Source: an uncultured Syntrophomonas sp.
Lineage (GTDB): Bacteria > Bacillota > Syntrophomonadia > Syntrophomonadales > Syntrophomonadaceae
DNA: 54,831 nucleotides
NCBI GenBank assembly: GCA_964618175.1
Contig: CAZTZX010000004.1
Location: 1-54,831 of the forward strand
Direction of reading: 5' to 3'
This document shows positions 51,412 to 54,831 of this stretch, in pieces. The notes below the pieces were generated by a model. It ran no database searches and was not told the DNA's origin. It saw only the letters and a list, made by a program, of their open reading frames with translations. The stretch's first letter is position 1. Every line of letters starts with the position of its first letter. The translations under genes and the position numbers were made by a program.

Positions 51412-54400
51412 TTATTTCACCTCATTTCTGCGCATAAGTTCCATAGCCTGATCGTTACTATAACTGGGCAGATAGCGGTAGTGGTTGCCTTCAAATAATG
51501 GATCGAACTGACAGATGGAATGATAAGGGCAGAAGGTACAAGCGTTGTCCTTATCCCGTCGATAAGGTTCTATAGATGCATTACCCTGGATAATCTCTTG
51601 GGCAAGTCGGCTTACCTTACTATCGGCGTAGTTCAGCAGTATGGGCCATTCGTCTTCTGCCACCACCGAGGATGTTTCCCGCACTGTATCGTTGAGATTG
51701 ACCGCTGCGGGTATAATCAGTGAATCGCCTTTAATATCATGATCCATGCTTTTAAGTAGACGAAGATCTTTGAGCACTAATCCCTTCATGCGAAACTGTT
51801 TTTGCATTTCTTGTTGGACTTTCTCAGCGATCATATCATCGGTTCGAACTAAAGGGTCATGGATGTGAAAATAAAAAATACCGGCTGGTTTTAGACTATC
51901 TAAGCCCCAATAACTAGCCTGCTCCAAAATCGCCTGCAGGTATACCACTAACTGCAGCGATAATCCATGATACATTTCGTCCAGATACAGACTTTGGTTA
52001 CCGGTTTTATAATCTATGACCTTAACATAACTGTCCTCACCATTATCCAGAATATCTATACGATCCACCCGACCTTCCAGCAACACTTTGGTCCCATCCG
52101 CCAATTCCACTGTGATGGGAGGAAATTGACCTTTCAAACCAAAGCTAACCTCAAAGGCGGCCGGTTGAAAATCTCCTTTTTGGACGTGATTTACTACCGC
52201 TTGCACGGTAGTTCTTCCCATGCGTTTCAATCTTTCTACCATATAGAGATAGCGATGGCTGCTGGCAAATACCCCTTCACCAAATTCCTCTACCAAGCTG
52301 TCCATTATCGAATCCACTAAGACATCACTCTGCTCGCTGGTAAGGTCATTCCAGGGCAGTTTCTGGCGAGCCACTTCTTCACCAAAGGAAGACAAGCATT
52401 GGTGTAAAAGTTCCCCTATATCAGGCATGGCTACCGAGTATTCCACGCGTTCCCAAGGACGCAGGCCATAGCGCACCAAATGAGCAAACGGGCAGGCCGC
52501 AAACTGCTCTAAGCGGGATACACTACTTTTAAAAGGTTGCGGATAAATAGCGGAAATGTTCTGGCTGGTCAAACCAGATACAGCATTGCGATGAAATAAG
52601 GCTTGTTGAGTACGCTCGATAATAGGCTGCCACTGGGGGTGTTGTTGATACCAATACAGAATTTGCCACCAAAAGTCCTCCAGGGATTCTCCATCCAAGT
52701 ACTGGCGCATCTGTTGAATCAAGTGTTTGAAAGTGCTCCTGGGAGGGCCGACTATGGCTAACTGGTTTTCACGATCCTGTAAAACATCACTGTGGATCTG
52801 TAATCCAGGAAACAATCTGGTTAAGCGGTCAATTAGTATGGATGGCCTTAAAGAATGCCCTTCCCCATCGGCCCGAGCATAAGATATCCACAACACATCA
52901 TCGGGTTTGCTCAGCATACTGTAAATGGATAATCGTTCTTCCTCTAGTTTTCGCTGGCGTGCCCCCGGAAGTTCAAGACCTTTTTCGATCAATGCACTGC
53001 GTTCTTCCTCCAGTAGCAGACCGTCTAAAACAGATACCGAAGGGAGCAAGCCATCGTTAATTCCTAATACAAATAGGGCTTTGACGCCCCGGCTTTTTAA
53101 ATGTTCAATGTTGCCGATAAGGACCTGATCTACGGTAGTTGGTATCAGTCCCAACTGGTAAGAAGCAAAACCGGCCTCCAGAATGCGGCGATATTCCGCA
53201 AGTGTGCCAGGTTGATCCCCCATAATATCAACGGTCTGGTCGAAGATCCGCATGACGATATTCCAGATTTGAGTATGTTCATATACCTGCTCATATTTGC
53301 CCTGTGCTTTTAGCTCATCGATCCACTCTTCTAAGCGAACAAATATATCCTGGTGTTGAAGATAATCATAAAGACCTGCCGTATAGTCGCCCACAGTGGT
53401 GGCCTGACGCACCACCTCTTCCATGTTAGCTACCGGATCCATAAAACTGTGCCGCCAGAGATTAAGCTCTTCCAGGGGTTGATCTTTACCCAAATTGAAT
53501 TCCCGCTTCCACTGTCCACCTTTAATACCGTAAGTGATAGCATAATTTTCCAGGATTTCGACTTCGTCAATCTGTAAATCGGTCAAAGCGGTTTTCAGGT
53601 AGCGCAATACATCCAAAGGCCGATAATTCTTAATGAACATATCCAGCAACGACAGAATGTATTCCACCAGTGGATGGGTCATGATGTCCCGTTTGTTATC
53701 TGTGAAGAAAGGAATGCCATATTCCTGGAAACTTCGGCCGATCAAATGGCCGTACCGGTCCATATCCGAACAGATCACCACCATATCACGCCAGCGCAGT
53801 TGGGCCTCACGAGCCAGACGCATGATCTCGGCAGCGGCCCGTTCTACTTCTTGATATATGGTAGTAGCTGCAAATATCCCAAGTCCAGAGACATCTCCCT
53901 GGTACCCATGATGAGGATAAGCATAAATCTCCCGTTGCAGATGGGACAGCGATCTATTGCGATTAGATGGCTCACCACTAAGGTGAATATATTCCTGAGG
54001 CAATTGCAGATCAAAGGCCAACCGCTCGATGGCGTCATAGGCACGGCGGGTTGATGCAAACAATTCTTGGTCGCGGCATTTGTTACTCAAATCCAGGGTA
54101 TAGGCACAAGTTAGCTGGGAGGAGATCTGCATCATTTTATGTATTATGCTCAGCTGTTGGGGTGTCAAAGTAGTAAACCCGTCCATCCAGATCAGACTGT
54201 TACGCAAAAAAGTTGATTCATGAATTCTTTCCAAGACTAGATTGAAGCGCTCATCTAAATCCAAATAGCGGGTGCCTAGGTAATTATTGAAATGCTCATA
54301 GATCAAAGCGATATCATGCAGTTTATTTCCCAGAGTGTCAGTCAGATCCTTTGCAACTAAACCCAACATCTCTATAGTAATATTGTAATTTTTGAGCTCA

Positions 54401-54780
54401 GACAAAAAAGTGCTCACAAACTGTACGAAGCCATCCTGTCGGCTGACCTTCTGGTAGATGGTCAGTTCGGGGGCCAGATCATCAATTATTCTGCGCAAGA
54501 CCATGTGACGCCCCTGTTCATCGATCATGATCCGAGTCTTTCCGCCGACTTCATCGAGAATGCGTTCCGCCAACCGGTCAAAACTCAGCACTTCCACCTG
54601 CATAATACCGGGAAGCTGCAAAGATTGGATCAAGTCTCTTTCCGATTGTAGTGTAAACTGTTCCGGAACCAATAATATTAACTTACGGCCATCATTCTTG
54701 TCTAACTGGTCTTTGATCTGATTAAATATTAGGCGGCTTTTGCCACTTCCAGCCCGGCCGGCTATATGGACAACTTTCAT
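51412..54780 (-). CDS. addB: Helicase-nuclease AddAB, subunit B
   Basis: The ATG at 54780 follows GGGAGGTGAGGGGA. Motifs: IAGRAGSGKS, nuclease GRVDRIDIL...VIDYKTG, and Fe-S staple cysteines in FAACPFAH and NACTFCPYHSIC. Confidence 0.92.
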   Translation of the reverse strand: MKVVHIAGRAGSGKSRLIFNQIKDQLDKNDGRKLILLVPEQFTLQSERDLIQSLQLPGIMQVEVLSFDRLAERILDEVGGKTRIMIDEQGRHMVLRRIIDDLAPELTIYQKVSRQDGFVQFVSTFLSELKNYNITIEMLGLVAKDLTDTLGNKLHDIALIYEHFNNYLGTRYLDLDERFNLVLERIHESTFLRNSLIWMDGFTTLTPQQLSIIHKMMQISSQLTCAYTLDLSNKCRDQELFASTRRAYDAIERLAFDLQLPQEYIHLSGEPSNRNRSLSHLQREIYAYPHHGYQGDVSGLGIFAATTIYQEVERAAAEIMRLAREAQLRWRDMVVICSDMDRYGHLIGRSFQEYGIPFFTDNKRDIMTHPLVEYILSLLDMFIKNYRPLDVLRYLKTALTDLQIDEVEILENYAITYGIKGGQWKREFNLGKDQPLEELNLWRHSFMDPVANMEEVVRQATTVGDYTAGLYDYLQHQDIFVRLEEWIDELKAQGKYEQVYEHTQIWNIVMRIFDQTVDIMGDQPGTLAEYRRILEAGFASYQLGLIPTTVDQVLIGNIEHLKSRGVKALFVLGINDGLLPSVSVLDGLLLEEERSALIEKGLELPGARQRKLEEERLSIYSMLSKPDDVLWISYARADGEGHSLRPSILIDRLTRLFPGLQIHSDVLQDRENQLAIVGPPRSTFKHLIQQMRQYLDGESLEDFWWQILYWYQQHPQWQPIIERTQQALFHRNAVSGLTSQNISAIYPQPFKSSVSRLEQFAACPFAHLVRYGLRPWERVEYSVAMPDIGELLHQCLSSFGEEVARQKLPWNDLTSEQSDVLVDSIMDSLVEEFGEGVFASSHRYLYMVERLKRMGRTTVQAVVNHVQKGDFQPAAFEVSFGLKGQFPPITVELADGTKVLLEGRVDRIDILDNGEDSYVKVIDYKTGNQSLYLDEMYHGLSLQLVVYLQAILEQASYWGLDSLKPAGIFYFHIHDPLVRTDDMIAEKVQQEMQKQFRMKGLVLKDLRLLKSMDHDIKGDSLIIPAAVNLNDTVRETSSVVAEDEWPILLNYADSKVSRLAQEIIQGNASIEPYRRDKDNACTFCPYHSICQFDPLFEGNHYRYLPSYSNDQAMELMRRNEVK

Positions 54781-54831
54781 TCCCCTCACCTCCCTGAGCA
54801 CATTGGATATTAGTCTATTATAACAGCAATT

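Noticed and set aside
1-54831. Mobile elements, prophage, defence islands, toxin-antitoxin pairs
   Set aside because: I saw no transposase, integrase, recombinase, terminal inverted repeats flanking a gene, restriction-modification motifs or classic TA pairs. Gene content is housekeeping and sporulation-related, with uniform composition.

Overview
This window looks like an ordinary chromosomal segment with no mobile DNA. Gene content points to an endospore-forming, anaerobic Firmicute of the Clostridia type, with moderate GC. The taxon cannot be assigned without a database search.

I call about 50 protein genes and one tRNA-Trp. About four fifths are on the minus strand, tightly packed, with many junctions that overlap by 1-11 nt.

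Recognisable blocks, left to right:
- Cell-surface proteins: a partial DUF4397 protein, a GLUG-repeat protein, and a secreted 2xFN3 + M14-like carboxypeptidase. A LysR regulator and a DUF503 gene sit among them.
- A YheC/YheD-type ATP-grasp gene linked to a phiEco32-like COOH-NH2 ligase.
- ychF-trkA-trkH.
- pfkA, a CBS/PAS sigma-54 activator, hbd and a membrane protein.
- A second, tandem YheC/YheD pair.
- DUF523 plus a PP-loop ATPase.
- SGNH and MBL hydrolases.
- A futalosine-pathway menaquinone operon: mqnE-mqnA-mqnC, an MTAP-like gene and a UPF0182 gene.
- ddl.
- A LexA-box promoter driving a 35-codon hydrophobic ORF that is not on the ORF track.
- tRNA-Trp.
- DUF2889-like and HDAC-like genes, a lipoprotein, mscS and an EF-G paralog.
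- The chain queD-queC-DUF366-queE-ypmA-like-lepB-surE.
- A textbook sigma-54 promoter in front of a CoA-transferase gene, next to a second CBS/PAS sigma-54 activator.
- DUF2225 and addB-addA.

I found no rRNA, CRISPR array, IS element, integrase or prophage gene.

The candidates I rank highest for something undescribed are:
- the ATP-grasp + amidoligase module and its Ser/Arg-rich tail;
- the SOS-box small membrane peptide;
- the MTAP-like enzyme embedded in the mqn operon;
- the overlapping DUF523 / PP-loop pair;
- the CBS-domain sigma-54 circuits next to acyl-CoA genes.

All family assignments come from motif recognition by eye. No searches were run.
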